Source: Candidatus Eiseniibacteriota bacterium (GTDB lineage: Bacteria; Eisenbacteria; RBG-16-71-46). Taken from it: a stretch of DNA of 64,000 nucleotides. Where the stretch lies: contig CAVUWA010000001.1 in assembly GCA_963744995.1 (NCBI GenBank), positions 96,001-160,000 on the forward strand, written 5' to 3'. This document shows positions 21,283 through 33,400 of this stretch, in pieces (the stretch's first letter is position 1; every line of letters starts with the position of its first letter). The notes below the pieces were generated by a model. It was not told the DNA's origin. It saw only the letters and a list, made by a program, of their open reading frames with translations, and made no database searches. The position numbers and the translations under genes were made by a program.

Positions 21283-21650
21283 TTCAACTCCTCGTCGTCG
21301 ATGGTCTCGCCCTTTTCGAGGCGCCTGAGGATCTCGTCCACGCGCGCGCCGGTCTCCAGTGACGTGTCGAGCTCGAACCGGAGTTCGGGGACTTCGCGCA
21401 GGTCGAGCCGCGGCGCGAGCTGGCTGCGGACGTAGCCGGTGGCGGCCTTGAGGGTGGCCAGCGTGCGATCACGCTCGCCCTCCGGCGCGAGGATCGAAAC
21501 GTAGACGCGCGCGAACGACAGGTCGCGGGTGATCTCCACGTCGGTGATGCTCACCCACTGGCCGATGCGCGGGTCGCGAAGGCGGCGGGCGATGATGTCG
21601 GACAGCTCGCGGCGGATCATCTGTGCGACCCGCTCGGGACGGATCCTCAA
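21279..21650 (-). CDS. rbfA: Ribosome-binding factor A
   Basis: RPERVAQ, RDPRI, DLSFARVY, LREVPELRF; TTG start after AGGAGG. Confidence 0.95.
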   Translation of the reverse strand: MRIRPERVAQMIRRELSDIIARRLRDPRIGQWVSITDVEITRDLSFARVYVSILAPEGERDRTLATLKAATGYVRSQLAPRLDLREVPELRFELDTSLETGARVDEILRRLEKGETIDDEELK

Positions 21651-21928
21651 TGCACGTCCTCCTGCCACTCGAGCAGTTCGGCGCCATGGGTCGCGTCGAC
21701 CAGGCGGCGCACGGTGGCCAGCATCTCCGTGACCTGATGGCCCTCACCGGACACGACCGCGACACCCAGCGCCGCGCGCTGCCAGAGATCCTGGTGGTCC
21801 ACCTCGGCCACCGCGGCACGCACCCGCGAGCGGATGCGTTCCTTGAGCCCCTGTACGACCGAGCGCTTCTGCTTCAGCGAGGTCGCCGCCGGGATGTGGA
21901 GCTCGATGAGGACGGTGCCCACGATCAT
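21647..21928 (-). CDS. DUF503 (YlxP-like) protein
   Basis: SLKQKRSVV, AVAEVDHQDLWQRA; lies between infB and rbfA. Confidence 0.92.
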   Translation of the reverse strand: MIVGTVLIELHIPAATSLKQKRSVVQGLKERIRSRVRAAVAEVDHQDLWQRAALGVAVVSGEGHQVTEMLATVRRLVDATHGAELLEWQEDVH

Positions 21929-22016
21929 ATGCGATCGAACCGGCGCGGGCGCGCCCTGACGGGCACGTTGAAAGAAAATGGTGCGGCGAACCGCCGCCCG
22001 CGGGCGGCGGCGGCGA

Positions 22017-24395
22017 TCAGCCGAGGGTGCGCGCCAGCTCCTCGATCTTGTACGCCTCGATCACGTCGCCCACCTTGATATCGTTCATGCCTTCGAGTCC
22101 GATTCCGCACTCGAACCCGTTCTGCACTTCACGGACGTCGTCCTTGAAGCGACGAAGCGACTCGATGCGGCCGTCCCAGACGCTCACGCCGTCGCGCAGC
22201 AGACGCACCTTCGAAGCGCGGGGCATCGCGCCCGAAGTGACCATGCAGCCGGCGATGACGCCGGACTTCGACAGCTTGAACACCTCGCGCACTTCGGCAG
22301 CGCCGACGACCGTCTCCTTGAACTCCGGCGTCAGCAGGCCCTCGAGGGCCTTCTTCACTTCCTCGACGGCCTTGTAGATCACGTCGTAGTAGCGGATCTC
22401 CACGCCTTCCCGCTCCGCCGCTTCGCGCGCCCGCGCGTCCGGCCGCACGTGGAAGCCGACGATAATCGCGCCGGAGGTCGCCGCCAGCAGCACGTCGGTC
22501 TCGGTGATCTGGCCGACCGCCTGGCGGATGACGCGGACCTGGACCTCGGCGTTGCTCAGTTTGCCGAGCGACTCCGACAGCGCCTCCACCGAGCCGTCCA
22601 CGTCGCCGCGGATCACCAGCTTGAGCTCGCTCAGCTCGCCCTGCGACATCCGCGCGTGGACGTCGGCCAGCGAGATCACGTGCTGCGCGCGGAACTCGTG
22701 CTCGCGCTGCAGCGCCTGGCGCTTGCCGGCGACCTCACGGGCCTCGCGCTCATCCTCGAAGGCGACGATGGCGTCGCCCGCCGCGGGGGCACTGCTCCAG
22801 CCGAGCACCTCGACCGGGGTCGAGGGGCCCGCTTCCTTCACGGGCCGGCGCCGTTCGTCGAACATGGCGCGGACGCGGCCCGAGTGGCCGCCGGCGGCGA
22901 ACGCGTCGCCGATCTTCAGGGTGCCCTGCTGCACGAGCACGCTGGCGATGATGCCGCGACCCTGTTCCACGCGCGCTTCGATCACCACGCCCTTCGCGCG
23001 CCGGTGCGGGTCGGCCTTGAGGTCCAGAAGGTCCGCGGTGAGCAGGATCATCTCGAGCAGCTTGTCGACGTTCGTGCCCTTCTTGGCCGAGATGTCGACG
23101 CTGACGTACTTGCCGCCGAAGGCCTCGACCACCACGCCGTGCTGGGTGAGCTCCTGCCTGATGCGGTCGGGGTTGGCGGTCGGAAGATCGACCTTGTTGA
23201 TCGCGACCACGATCGGCACGTTCGCCGCCTTGGCGTGGTCGATGGCCTCGATCGTCTGCGGCATCACCCGGTCATCCGCGGCCACCACCAGCACGACCAG
23301 GTCGGTGACCTGGGCGCCGCGGGCGCGCATCGCGGTGAACGCTTCATGGCCCGGCGTGTCGAGGAAGCAGATCTTGCGGCCGCCGGGCAGCTCGACGTCG
23401 TACGCGCCGATGTGCTGGGTGATGCCACCCGACTCGCCGGCAATGACGTTGGTCTTGCGGATGTAATCGAGCAGTGACGTCTTGCCGTGGTCGACATGAC
23501 CCATGACGGTCACCACGGGCGCACGGCTCTCGAGCCGCTCCTCGACGACTTCTTCCTCCTCGACCGTCTCCTCGCCGTAGTCGGTGACGAACTCGACCTG
23601 GTAGCCGAACTCGTCGGCGACGGCCATGATCGAGTCCTTGTCGAGGCGCTTGTTGATCGTCGCCATGAGGCCGAGCTGCATGCACGTGGCGATGACTTCC
23701 TGCGGGCGCACCTGCAGCAGGTTGGCCAGCTCCGCGACGGTCATGAACTCGGTCGCGCGGATGACACGCGCCTGCGCCGCACCGCCGTCGCCGTCTTCGT
23801 CCTCGCGCCGGCGATGGCGCCGCCGGGTGCCCGAGCTGCCGAGACTCGCCAGGGTCTTGCGGACGTTCTCGGCAACCGCCTTTTCGTCGACCTGGCGCTT
23901 GCGTTTGCGGTCACGCCTGCGCGGACCGCTGCGGCCGTCCTGCCGCCCGAGCGAACGCGGGCCGCCGTGGCCGCCGCCCTGCGCAGGACCGCCGCCCTGG
24001 CGGGGCGGACCGCCCCCGGGCCGTCCCTGCGCGGGACGCGACGCGGGGCGGGGCGCCGACGTCGTTCCGGCCTTGTGCGGCGCCGCGGGCTTCGCGGACG
24101 CCTTCGGTGCCGGCGGCGCTTCCTGCTGCGTCGCGGCGGCGCGCGCACGCTGCTCGCGAGCGCGCTGCTCCTCCTGTTCCTGCTTGTGCTTCATTTCCTC
24201 GCGGACCGCGGTGCGCTCCTGCGCCATCTCGTCCTTCACCTTTTGAACCACCTCGGGCAGCAGCGTGGACATGTGGTTCTTCACCTCGATGCCCTTGCCC
24301 TTGAGGATGTTCAGCACGGCCTCGCTGGACATGCCGAGGTCCTTGGCGACCTCGTACACGCGCAGCTTCCTGGGCCCGGCGGCTTTCTTAGTCAC
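22017..24395 (-). CDS. infB: Translation initiation factor IF-2
   Basis: RVYEVAK, MGHVDHGKTSLLD, DTPGHEAFTAMRARGA, NKVD, GFECG; GTG start after GGAGGAG. Confidence 0.98.
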   Translation of the reverse strand: MTKKAAGPRKLRVYEVAKDLGMSSEAVLNILKGKGIEVKNHMSTLLPEVVQKVKDEMAQERTAVREEMKHKQEQEEQRAREQRARAAATQQEAPPAPKASAKPAAPHKAGTTSAPRPASRPAQGRPGGGPPRQGGGPAQGGGHGGPRSLGRQDGRSGPRRRDRKRKRQVDEKAVAENVRKTLASLGSSGTRRRHRRREDEDGDGGAAQARVIRATEFMTVAELANLLQVRPQEVIATCMQLGLMATINKRLDKDSIMAVADEFGYQVEFVTDYGEETVEEEEVVEERLESRAPVVTVMGHVDHGKTSLLDYIRKTNVIAGESGGITQHIGAYDVELPGGRKICFLDTPGHEAFTAMRARGAQVTDLVVLVVAADDRVMPQTIEAIDHAKAANVPIVVAINKVDLPTANPDRIRQELTQHGVVVEAFGGKYVSVDISAKKGTNVDKLLEMILLTADLLDLKADPHRRAKGVVIEARVEQGRGIIASVLVQQGTLKIGDAFAAGGHSGRVRAMFDERRRPVKEAGPSTPVEVLGWSSAPAAGDAIVAFEDEREAREVAGKRQALQREHEFRAQHVISLADVHARMSQGELSELKLVIRGDVDGSVEALSESLGKLSNAEVQVRVIRQAVGQITETDVLLAATSGAIIVGFHVRPDARAREAAEREGVEIRYYDVIYKAVEEVKKALEGLLTPEFKETVVGAAEVREVFKLSKSGVIAGCMVTSGAMPRASKVRLLRDGVSVWDGRIESLRRFKDDVREVQNGFECGIGLEGMNDIKVGDVIEAYKIEELARTLG

Positions 24396-25833
24396 GGTGC
24401 TCCTCCTCCGGCGCCGGTTCGATGGCCTGCTCTTCGGGCGCCGGGGTCTGGGCCTCGGCGCTCTCCGCGAGCACGGCCGCGGGCGCCTCGACTTCAGGCT
24501 CGGTCGGCGTCCCGGCGGGCGCGGTCGCCGCATCCGCCAGTTCGGCGCCTTCCGGCAGGAACTCGAGCTCGGCCGGAGCCGTCTCGGGCGGATGCGCTTC
24601 GATGTAGGCGGCGGCGCTGGCCAGCAGCTTTTCAGCGGTCTTTTCGCCGATGCCTGGAATTTCCTGAAGCGTCTCGAGCGTCGCGGCGGCGAGTTCCTGC
24701 ACCGTCTCGATTCCGGCGCCGATCAGGCGCTCGGTGGTGGCCTCGCCGAGATCCAGCTTCTCGATTTCGATGCGGCTCGACTGCTCGAGCTCCTGGCGTT
24801 TCTTCTCCTCGCTCTTCGAGGTCAGGTCGATCTTCCAGCCCGTCAGCTTCGCGGCGAGGCGCGCGTTCTGCCCGCCCTTGCCGATCGCGAGCGACAGCTG
24901 ATCGTCCGCGACGATCACGTGCATGCGCTTGTCTTCCTCGTGAACCTTCACGTCCATCACCCGCGCCGGCGACAGGGCGCGTGACACGAAGACCGAAAGA
25001 TCCTGGGACCACGGCACGATGTCGATCCGCTCGCCGCCGAGTTCGCGCACGATGCTCTGCACGCGCGAGCCCTTGAGGCCCACGCACGAGCCGACGGCAT
25101 CGACACGCGGATCGTTCGAATACACCGAAATCTTCGAGCGCGCGCCGGCCTCGCGGGCCACGGCGCGGATCTCGACGATGCTCTCGGCGATCTCCGGCAC
25201 TTCGCTCTCGAACAGGCGGCGCAGGAAGTCCGGATGGGTCCGCGACAGAATGACCTGGGGCCCTTTCGCCGCCTTGTCCACGTTCAGCACCACCGCGCGC
25301 ACGTAGTCGCCCTGGCGGTGGTAGGAGCGCGGAATCTGCTCGCGCGCCGGCAGAAATCCTTCGGAGTGGTCCAGCTTCACGATCACGTTGCCGCGGTCGA
25401 CCTGCTGCACGACGCCGCGCACCAGCGTGCCGACCTTGTCGCTGTATTCCTTGAACACGCGGTCGCGCTCGGCCTCGCGCACGCGCTGGATCAGGACCTG
25501 TTTGGCGGTCTGGATCGCGTTGCGGCCGAACTCCTGGATCGACAGCGGGAACGTCAGCACGTCGCCGACCTTCGCCTGCGGATCGTGGGGACGCGCTTCT
25601 TCCACGGTGAGCTGCAGCGCCGGATCCTCGACCGACTCGACGACGGTCTTCTTGAGAACCATGTCGATCTGTCCGGTCTCGTTGGAGAAGCTGACCTCGA
25701 CGTCGGCGGTCAGTCCGAATTTCTTGCGCACTGCGGTCGCGAGCCCGACTTCGAGCGTTTCGATGAGCAGCGCGCGATCCACGCTCTTTTCGCGCGTGAT
25801 GGCGCTCAGCGCATCCAGAATTTCGTGGCTCAT
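24388..25833 (-). CDS. nusA: Transcription termination factor NusA
   Basis: FGRNAIQTAKQV, AREAGARSK, CVGLKGSRV, LAIGKGGQNARLA. Confidence 0.98.
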   Translation of the reverse strand: MSHEILDALSAITREKSVDRALLIETLEVGLATAVRKKFGLTADVEVSFSNETGQIDMVLKKTVVESVEDPALQLTVEEARPHDPQAKVGDVLTFPLSIQEFGRNAIQTAKQVLIQRVREAERDRVFKEYSDKVGTLVRGVVQQVDRGNVIVKLDHSEGFLPAREQIPRSYHRQGDYVRAVVLNVDKAAKGPQVILSRTHPDFLRRLFESEVPEIAESIVEIRAVAREAGARSKISVYSNDPRVDAVGSCVGLKGSRVQSIVRELGGERIDIVPWSQDLSVFVSRALSPARVMDVKVHEEDKRMHVIVADDQLSLAIGKGGQNARLAAKLTGWKIDLTSKSEEKKRQELEQSSRIEIEKLDLGEATTERLIGAGIETVQELAAATLETLQEIPGIGEKTAEKLLASAAAYIEAHPPETAPAELEFLPEGAELADAATAPAGTPTEPEVEAPAAVLAESAEAQTPAPEEQAIEPAPEEEHRD

Positions 25834-26348
25834 CGATCTCCTCCCCGCGGGCGCCGTGACTTCCCGGCGGTGCGCGCCTCGCGCGCCTCCGCCCACGGAT
25901 CCACCACCAGCCTGGCCGTTCTCACCTCGGCCCAGTCGAACCAGTGCATCGTCTCATCGTCGTCGAGGACCGCGACCCGGTCGCCGTCGGGCGACTGCAG
26001 CACGCCCTCGTACCTGCGCCGGCCCGCGACCGCCTCGCGCAGTGTCAGCGCCGCGCGCTGCCCCGCGAACCGTCGCACCGCATCGAGCGTGGTGAGCGGC
26101 CGCTCGATCCCGGGCGAACTGACCTCCAGACGATAGGCGTAGGGGACCGTCTGGTTCATCTCCAGACAGTCGCCGAGCCGCCGGCTGAAGTCGGCGCAGT
26201 CTCCTACCGTGATCCCCCCGGGCTTGTCGAGCAACACGCGAATCGCGCGGGTCCGTCCCTGCGTCACGAACTCGACGTCCACCAGCTCATACCCCGCCTC
26301 GTCGGCGAGCGGTACGGCCAGCTGCCTAACTTCTTCTCTGACTTCCAC
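25830..26348 (-). CDS. rimP: Ribosome maturation factor RimP
   Basis: ELVDVE, LDKPGGITVGDC, YRLEVSSPGIERPL. Confidence 0.95.
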   Translation of the reverse strand: MEVREEVRQLAVPLADEAGYELVDVEFVTQGRTRAIRVLLDKPGGITVGDCADFSRRLGDCLEMNQTVPYAYRLEVSSPGIERPLTTLDAVRRFAGQRAALTLREAVAGRRRYEGVLQSPDGDRVAVLDDDETMHWFDWAEVRTARLVVDPWAEAREARTAGKSRRPRGGDR

Positions 26349-26366
26349 TTGGGCTCCGGGGAGAGA

Positions 26367-26397
26367 CAAAAAACGGAGTGGTCGCCAGCCCCACTCC
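26367..26397 (-). terminator. rimP leader hairpin with U tract (attenuator)
   Basis: GGAGTGG-N9-CCACTCC-GTTTTTTG between the promoter and the rimP start. Confidence 0.75.
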
Positions 26398-26406
26398 TGA
26401 GGCGGC

Positions 26407-26435
26407 ACACTACAAAAAGGGATTCGGGTTGTCAA
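26407..26435 (-). promoter_or_regulatory. Sigma-70 promoter of rimP-nusA-infB
   Basis: TTGACA-N17-TAGTGT. Confidence 0.8.
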
Positions 26436-26556
26436 AGCTGACGGCCCGGCCGGAATCCCGGGCGAACAGGGCGCCGGGCCGGACGGGCCGCGCGCCCGGC
26501 GCGGGCGGCGGCGGCAGGACCGGAACAGCGGGCGGGCCGCGGCCCGCGGCGGCGCT

Positions 26557-27486
26557 TCAGCGGCTGCCGGCGGCGGCGAGCGGACTCTCGTACACCAGCC
26601 AGGCGGCGACGCCCGCCACCTGGGCGAGGCTGTTCGCCGACACCTTGTCGGGCGTGTCGCCCGTGGTGTGCCAGGCGGCGTAGTCGAAGTCGATCACGTC
26701 CACACACGGCACGCCGGCTTCGAGGATCGGGATGTGATCGTCCATCACCGCATACTTGGGCTCGTCGTGAAAGCCGGTGGCGCCGGTGGCGTGCGCCGCC
26801 TGCACCACCAGCGCGGCGATGTTGCTCGCGCGGCGTGACGAGGTCATCTCGGGATGGATGTCGAGGTCGGCATCCCCGACCATGTCGAAGACGAAACCGG
26901 CGATGGGCGCGGTGCCGTCTTCGAGCCGCGCGGCGAGCGAGCGGGCGTAGGCCTGCGCACCGCGGCACCAGTCGTCGTTGCGCGTCGGGGTGCCCTGATC
27001 CTCGGCGTCGAGGAACACCAGTTCGACCTGCCTTCCCGGCGCCTTCTCGTGCATCAGCTCCGCGACCTCGAGCAGCACGGCGACGCCGGAGGCGCCGTCG
27101 TTGGCCCCCGGCACCGGCGCGTCGGGATGCACCGGGTCGCGGTCGGCATGGCGACGCGTGTCGTAGTGCGCCGCGAGCAGGATCGGTCGCCCGCTGCGCG
27201 GGCCGTAGCGCGCGATCACGTTGGTCGCGGTCATGGGCTCGCCGCCCACCGTGTCTTCGAAGGCCTGCGTCTCGACGCGCGCGCCGAGCCGGCCGAGTTC
27301 GGCGAGCAGCCACTCGCGGAAGCGCCGATGCCCCTCGCTGCCCGGAATGCGCGGGCCCATGTTCACCTGCTCGACGACGCGTTCGTGCGCGCGCGCACCG
27401 TCCACCTCGGGGCGCGATGTGCAGCCGGCGGCGGGGCCCGCCAGCACCAGCGCCAGCGCCACGCACAGCATCGGGCGCGCGCCCAT
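26557..27486 (-). CDS. M28 family zinc lipoprotein, glutaminyl-peptide cyclotransferase-like
   Basis: Lipobox-like AAGC; AHYDTR, PGANDGASGVAVLLE, FLDAEDQG, DMVG, DDHIP, WHTTGD; TGATG coupling to sprA. Confidence 0.85.
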   Translation of the reverse strand: MGARPMLCVALALVLAGPAAGCTSRPEVDGARAHERVVEQVNMGPRIPGSEGHRRFREWLLAELGRLGARVETQAFEDTVGGEPMTATNVIARYGPRSGRPILLAAHYDTRRHADRDPVHPDAPVPGANDGASGVAVLLEVAELMHEKAPGRQVELVFLDAEDQGTPTRNDDWCRGAQAYARSLAARLEDGTAPIAGFVFDMVGDADLDIHPEMTSSRRASNIAALVVQAAHATGATGFHDEPKYAVMDDHIPILEAGVPCVDVIDFDYAAWHTTGDTPDKVSANSLAQVAGVAAWLVYESPLAAAGSR

Positions 27487-30400
27487 CAGAACGTGAGCGA
27501 CGCGCGCATCTCGACGCGCACGTTGCGGCGGACGATCTTGCGCTGCAGGTCGCGCGTCTGTCCGAAGCCGATGGTCACGCCACCATTGACGTTCTGACTG
27601 AACCCATAGGATCCGTTCGCATTCACCGACAGGCGATCCTCCTCGATCACGAGCTGCGGCCTCGCCAGACTCTCCTGGATGGTCTCGCCGCTGCGGCGCG
27701 AGTATACGGCGGACAGGCCCAGGGTCACGGTCTGGCGGATCGTCGTCTCGCGCCCGAGCACGGTGACCTTCTGTCCCTTGCTGTAGGTGCGGTTGAGATT
27801 GAGGTTGACGTCCGTGTTGCGGTCGGTGGTCACCGAGCGGCCGTTCTGCAGGTTCTCGCGTTCGGTCACGCGGCGCTCGACCTTGAGCTCGGCGCGGGTG
27901 CCGTTCTTGAGTTCGCCGTTCACGCTGAGCAGCGGCTGCCACTGGCTGCTGGTGGAAATCCCGGTCGGATCGGCCGAGTTCACGTAGTCCGTACTGCGCG
28001 ATCGGTTGTAGGACGTGCGAAGCCGCGGATTGTTGAGGAAGCGGTCGAGGCCGATCACCCGTGCGATGTTGCCGTACTGCACGTCGATGTCGGGGAAGCG
28101 CGACGACGTCGTGCGCCGCGTCACGCCGTTGGCGTCCGACTCGCGCGACGTGAGCTCGAACCGCGACGAGAGCACCGAGCCCGCCGGCAGCTTCATGCTG
28201 CCGCGCGCCGAGGTCCGCCAGTTCGACGCGGTCAGCGCCTGATTGCCGAGCGTCGCCTGCACGCGGCCGGTGCCGTCGGCGTTCAGGCCCGGATCGCTGC
28301 TGAGGCCGGTGAGGTACAGAAACTGCGGCGTGCCGGTCAGGCGGCTGTAGGCGCTGTTCTGCGAGTAGCTCGCGTCGGTCGAGAGCGCCCCCAGGCGGCC
28401 GAGCAACTGCCGCCAGATCGAGGGTCCGCCGCCGCCGCTGCTGTCGGCGGGGGTCGGGCGCGGCGCACGCGCCAGCTGGTCCAGCGGCAGCGTCCAGTTC
28501 GCGGTGTAGCTCTGGTTGTTGTTGACGGCGCGCACGCCGAGATCCTCGGACAGCTCGGGGCCGTTGTTCTGCACGTAGTTCGAGTTCCAGCTGAGCGCGG
28601 GCTGCAGCCATGGCCCGCCGCGCAGCTGGTAGTGCGAGTTGAAGCTCTGCCGCCAGTTCACCACGCGGCCGAGATTGATGAACCCGACCCGCTCGAGCAG
28701 ATCGTCGCGCAGGGTCAGGTTGCGGGTGCCCTGAATCTGGTGCGAGAGCAGATCGAATGGCCGGCTGGTCATGCCGAAGGAGATCGTCGCCTGGCGGCCG
28801 TCCACCCGGCTGCGCTCGCGCAGCGTGCCGGTCGAATCCTGCAGCCGGTCGTAGATCACGCGGTGGCTGGTGTTCACCGAGTAGTTCCAGAACGCGTTGT
28901 CCGGCAGCGGGAAGAGGTTGATGCGCGTGCCCGGCACGTGGAACGTGAGCAGTTTGCGCAGCGACACGTTGTACGTGACCTGTCCGGCGAAGCTGGTGCC
29001 GCTGCCCACCGAGGTCGGGTTGCTGTCCTTGTTCTCGGTGCGCGTCGCCGATGCGCTGATGCCGCCGATCGTGTAGCGCAGGAACGGATTCGAGCGGTCG
29101 CTCCAGCTGCGCGAGTAGTTGGTCGACCAGGTCCGGGTCTCGCTCTGCGAGCGTGAGGCCGCCGCCGCCGCTCCGGTGCGGACCACGTCATCGCCCGCGG
29201 TGAAGCGTGGCGTGGTGGTGTTGCGGTTGAACTGGTAGCGCACCGGCAGAATGATGCCGGTGCCTTCGAAGAACCGGTGCAGGTCGAGCGAACTCCCGAA
29301 GGAGAGCTGGTCGTTGCTGCTGCCGGCGCCGACGCTCTGGCCGACGGTGATGAAGTTCGCATCGCGGCCGTTCCAGTTGACGTTGTAATTCAGCAGATTG
29401 GCGAAACGGCCATTGACGGAGACGCGCTGTGCGTGCCCGGAAGACTTGTCCACGTCGATCGCGCGCAGCTCGTTGAACCACAGTTGCCCGCTGTCGAAGA
29501 CCCGCGACGGGTCGCGGTGCCCGTTGATGATCCCGAACGACACGCGGCGCAGACGCGTGAACGAGGGCCGCCCTTTCACCGTGTAGACCTCTCCCGGATT
29601 CCGGCCCGGCGCCTGATAGAAGATCGTCTGCGTCTTCGGGAAGTCGGGCTCGAGCTTCAGGTTCGACAGGTCGGTGAGCGCCAGGTCCACGCGCCGCCAC
29701 TGGATCGCCAGAGGAAGCGACGACGGCGGCAGCGGGGCACGGTACTCGTAGTAGTTGTTGCCGATGTCGTCGGAGGCGAAGCGGATGTAGTACTGCAGCG
29801 AGTCCACGTTCGCGTCGTAGCCCTGCACCCGGAACGCGGCGGCGTACCAGCTGAGCTTCCCGTAGCGCGTGTAGTCCTCGTCCACGGAAAAGTTCTTGAA
29901 TGCCTCCAGCGTGTCGCTCGCACCGAGGCGCGTGAACTCGAGCGAGATGCTCTGCTCGCGCCGGCTCAGCTCCTGGCTGCCGCTGCGCGTCTCGCCCGGG
30001 TCGAATGGCGGCGTGTAGATCTCCGCGTTGTCGATCGTGTTCACGGCATTGAGCGTCGCCGTGGTGCCGTTCACGATCAGCGAGCTGTCGAAGTCGGAGA
30101 GCTGCCAGCGGCTGCCGACGATGTCGAGGCCGCCGATCAGCAGCGGCGGACGCTGGACCGGGCCGTCGCTGGTCTGGACCGGGTCGGGGTCCGGGTCGAT
30201 GAGCCCCGATACCCAGATCCGCGCATGCTGCGTGAGCACGAGGTTGGGGTTGCCGAACTTCACGACGAGCGAGTCGGCGATCGGAATCCGGTAGCGTCGC
30301 CAGCCGTTGTCCACCGACTGCCCCGGAAAGTCGCGGTAGACGTCCGTCAGCAGCCAGGGATGATTCTCGTCGCCCAGGTCGATCGTGTACTCGTAGTAGT

Positions 30401-33400
30401 CCTCCTGGGTATCGAGGTTGGTGTTGAGATTCAGATCTTCCGTATCCGGAATCGGGCGCAGCGTCTTGTTGCCTTCCGTGCCGTTCGTGCGCACCCAGCG
30501 GCGCGGGTCGATGTCCTTGTAGCTGTCGTTGACCGGGTTCTTCTGCGGGTAGTCGTCGCCCGAGGGGTCGGTCGCCGTGGCGGTGACGAGATCGAGTGGC
30601 GTGACGACGCTGTCGGCCTCGCTTCCCTTCTGATCCCCCTTCGGCTGGTCGTGCAGGCCGTCGAGCCCCGTGTCCTCGTCGAACTCGTCGGTCACCGTGA
30701 GCTGGTTGTCCTGATTCTGGTCTTCCCTGTCGAGCAGCCCGTTGGGCGGCAGGTCCGGCGCCCGCATCTGATCCTCGCTGACCGTGCCGATGTCGATGTG
30801 GAGCTGCACGTGGTGGCCGCGGATGAGGGGCTTGAGCACGCCGCTGTGGTAGTCGCGAAAGTCGTCCACCCAGAGATCGATGTACTGCGCGCGGCTGAGG
30901 TCGTAGCCATACGGATCGATCAGGTAGGTGATGCCGGCCCACAGCGAGTCCGACGCCGGCTTCGTCACCGGCCGCCGCGGCACCGACAGAGCCAGGGTCT
31001 GCCGCGGATTCTGCCGGCCCTGTGCGTCGGTGAGGTTCGGCTTGAGGTCGCCCTCCTTGATGGTCGAGTTCGGCGTGTACCAGTGCAGTTCCGCCTTCGA
31101 CCACGACGGCAGGCTGGTGTAGAGCGTGTTGATGCCGCCCACCTTGCGCGATGGCACGCTCGAGAGCCACCAGTGCTCGGCGTTGAGCTGCAGCGAAACG
31201 GCGTCGCGCACGCCCTCCATGTCGTCCACGTAGACCTCGTTGCGCGTGTTCGGGTTCGGGAACGAGGCGCCGACCTCGGCCTGCACGTTCAACTCCGAGG
31301 GCGTGGTGGTGCGCACGCCCGGCAGCCTGTCGACCATGCGCGTCACCCAGTCGGGCCGCAGCGTGAACGCGGTGTTGAGATCGCCGATCAGGCTGCGCGA
31401 GGGCTCTTCGCCGATGCGCGGGCGCAGATCCTGCGCCCCCTTGCTCTCGTACATGAACGCTCCGCCCAGCGATTTGTCGCGGCCCTGCCAGCTGAACGCG
31501 CTGCCGAGCAGCGTGCGTCCCGCCGACTGGAACAGCGGCGCGTACGAGTAGTCCACGTTCAGGTTGTCCGCCGGGCCGAGCTGGCGCTTGAGCGTCACGC
31601 GGCCGAGGTCGTAGTCGATGTCGTAGTCCTGGCCGCGGGCCAGCGCCTGGCCGTTGATGGTGACGACGTCCGAGCCCTCGAGGATGTTGCCGCGCCCGAG
31701 TGTGATCGTCCCCGAGGCCCGCGCCGCGGTGAATTCGATGTCCATGTAGTACACGGCATCGAGCTTCCGCTGGATGTTGTACTTGTCGTAGACGTTCGGA
31801 TTCGGCGCCGTCTCCGAGCCCGCGGGACCGGTGAGCGTCTCGCGCCGCGACACCGTGCCCGACAGCACCTGCTCGAACGGGGTTCCGCCCGCCCCGATGC
31901 GCGGGGCGAATGGACGCAGGTCCGGGAAGAACAAAGTGCCGTTGGCGAAGTCCACCAGTGCCCGCACCGTACCGCCGAACTGGTCGGCCGTGGCGGCGGC
32001 GCGCGTGCCGTCGACTTCGTTGTCGTGGCTGCCGAAAACCGGCGTACCGCCGGACTCGTCGATGCTGTCGAGCCCGAGGATCTCGATGTACGGCACGGTT
32101 GTCCCGTCCGGTTTTTCGACGACGGTCAACGGCGGCTGGTCGGTGCCACGCCGGATCGTGAGCTTGAACGTCGCGGGGTCGATGTTCTGTCCGGCGAGCT
32201 GGTAGAAGTTCTTGAGCTCGAGATCGCGCACGCGCGTGAACACGTCGTTGGTGTCGTAGTCGGCGCCCGAGAACTTGAGCGCCTTCACGTTCGGCCGCAG
32301 CAGCTCCAGCTTGCGCACCTGCTCGCCGTTGACGTCGGTGACGAGGTCGGGACTGCCGAAATCGATCAGGTCGCCGGTCGCCGCGCCGTTGAGCACCCTG
32401 CGCGCCTTGAAGGCGACGGCCAGGCGCTGTTCACCGCTCACCGGGCGGCGCAGGCGGATGACCTTGAAGTAGGGCCCGTAGATGTCGTTCAGGACCTGGT
32501 AGTCGAGGTCGTCGCCCGGCTGGAGCTCGGTGAAGGTGCCGCGCACCGAGACGGTATCGGCGCTGTCCGCTGCGGCCTGGGCGGCGATCGGGTCGGGAAA
32601 CGCGCGACCGCGGAAGGCGTTCTGGTCGTTGCCCGAGTTGTAGTCGTCCAGGTAGAGGTGGATGCTCGACTCGTCGATCTCCAGCGTGCCGTAGCGGTTC
32701 GGGTCGTACAGCATGAAGTAGACGCCCGGCACGTAGTCGAGGTCGGCCAGCGTCTGCGTCTGTTTGGACGCGCCGCCGGTGTAGCTGCCCCGCTCGCTCC
32801 GCCCCTCCTGCTTGCTGGCCAGCACCGTGAGGTCGAGCGGTCCGACCCGGGTGCCGAGCTTGGCGCCGAACAGGCCCTCGTTGCGCCCGCTGTAGGAGAC
32901 GTACTGCGTGTTCGGCAGCGTGAGGTTGGTGTTGCCGAGGTCGAGGGACTGAACCAGGTCGTCCTCGTCGCCCTTGTAGTTGATCTTGATGCGGTTGCTG
33001 AGCGGGATCGGATTGGCCGACTGCTGCAGCAGGTTGACCTTGATGCGATCGGAGAGCTGCCCCTCGAGGTTGATGTTGAGGTCCTGCTGCATGTTGAGCG
33101 AGGGAAACAGCGACTGCTTCTGGCCGAGCTGGCTGGCCTGCTGGTTGGTCCAGTTGCTCTGACCCGAGAGCCGGATGACCTCGGAACCGGACACGTTGAG
33201 AGCCGGTCCCCCGGGGCCGAGCAGGCTTTGGATCCGCGGCGGCAGCGGCGATGGCAGGTTGAACGACAACCCCTGCCCGCTCGGGCCGCGCGGCGTGGCG
33301 GCGCCGAGCGAGTTCACGCTCCCGCGCGACTTGGCCTCCCACTTCTCGCGGAAGTTCCGCCAGGTGAGCTGCCGCCCGTAGGCCGTGAGGCTCAGCCGCG

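Noticed and set aside
26557..28611. 684-aa version of the M28 protein
   Set aside because: The upstream part is an alternative frame of sprA; the signal peptide and TGATG coupling place the start at 27486
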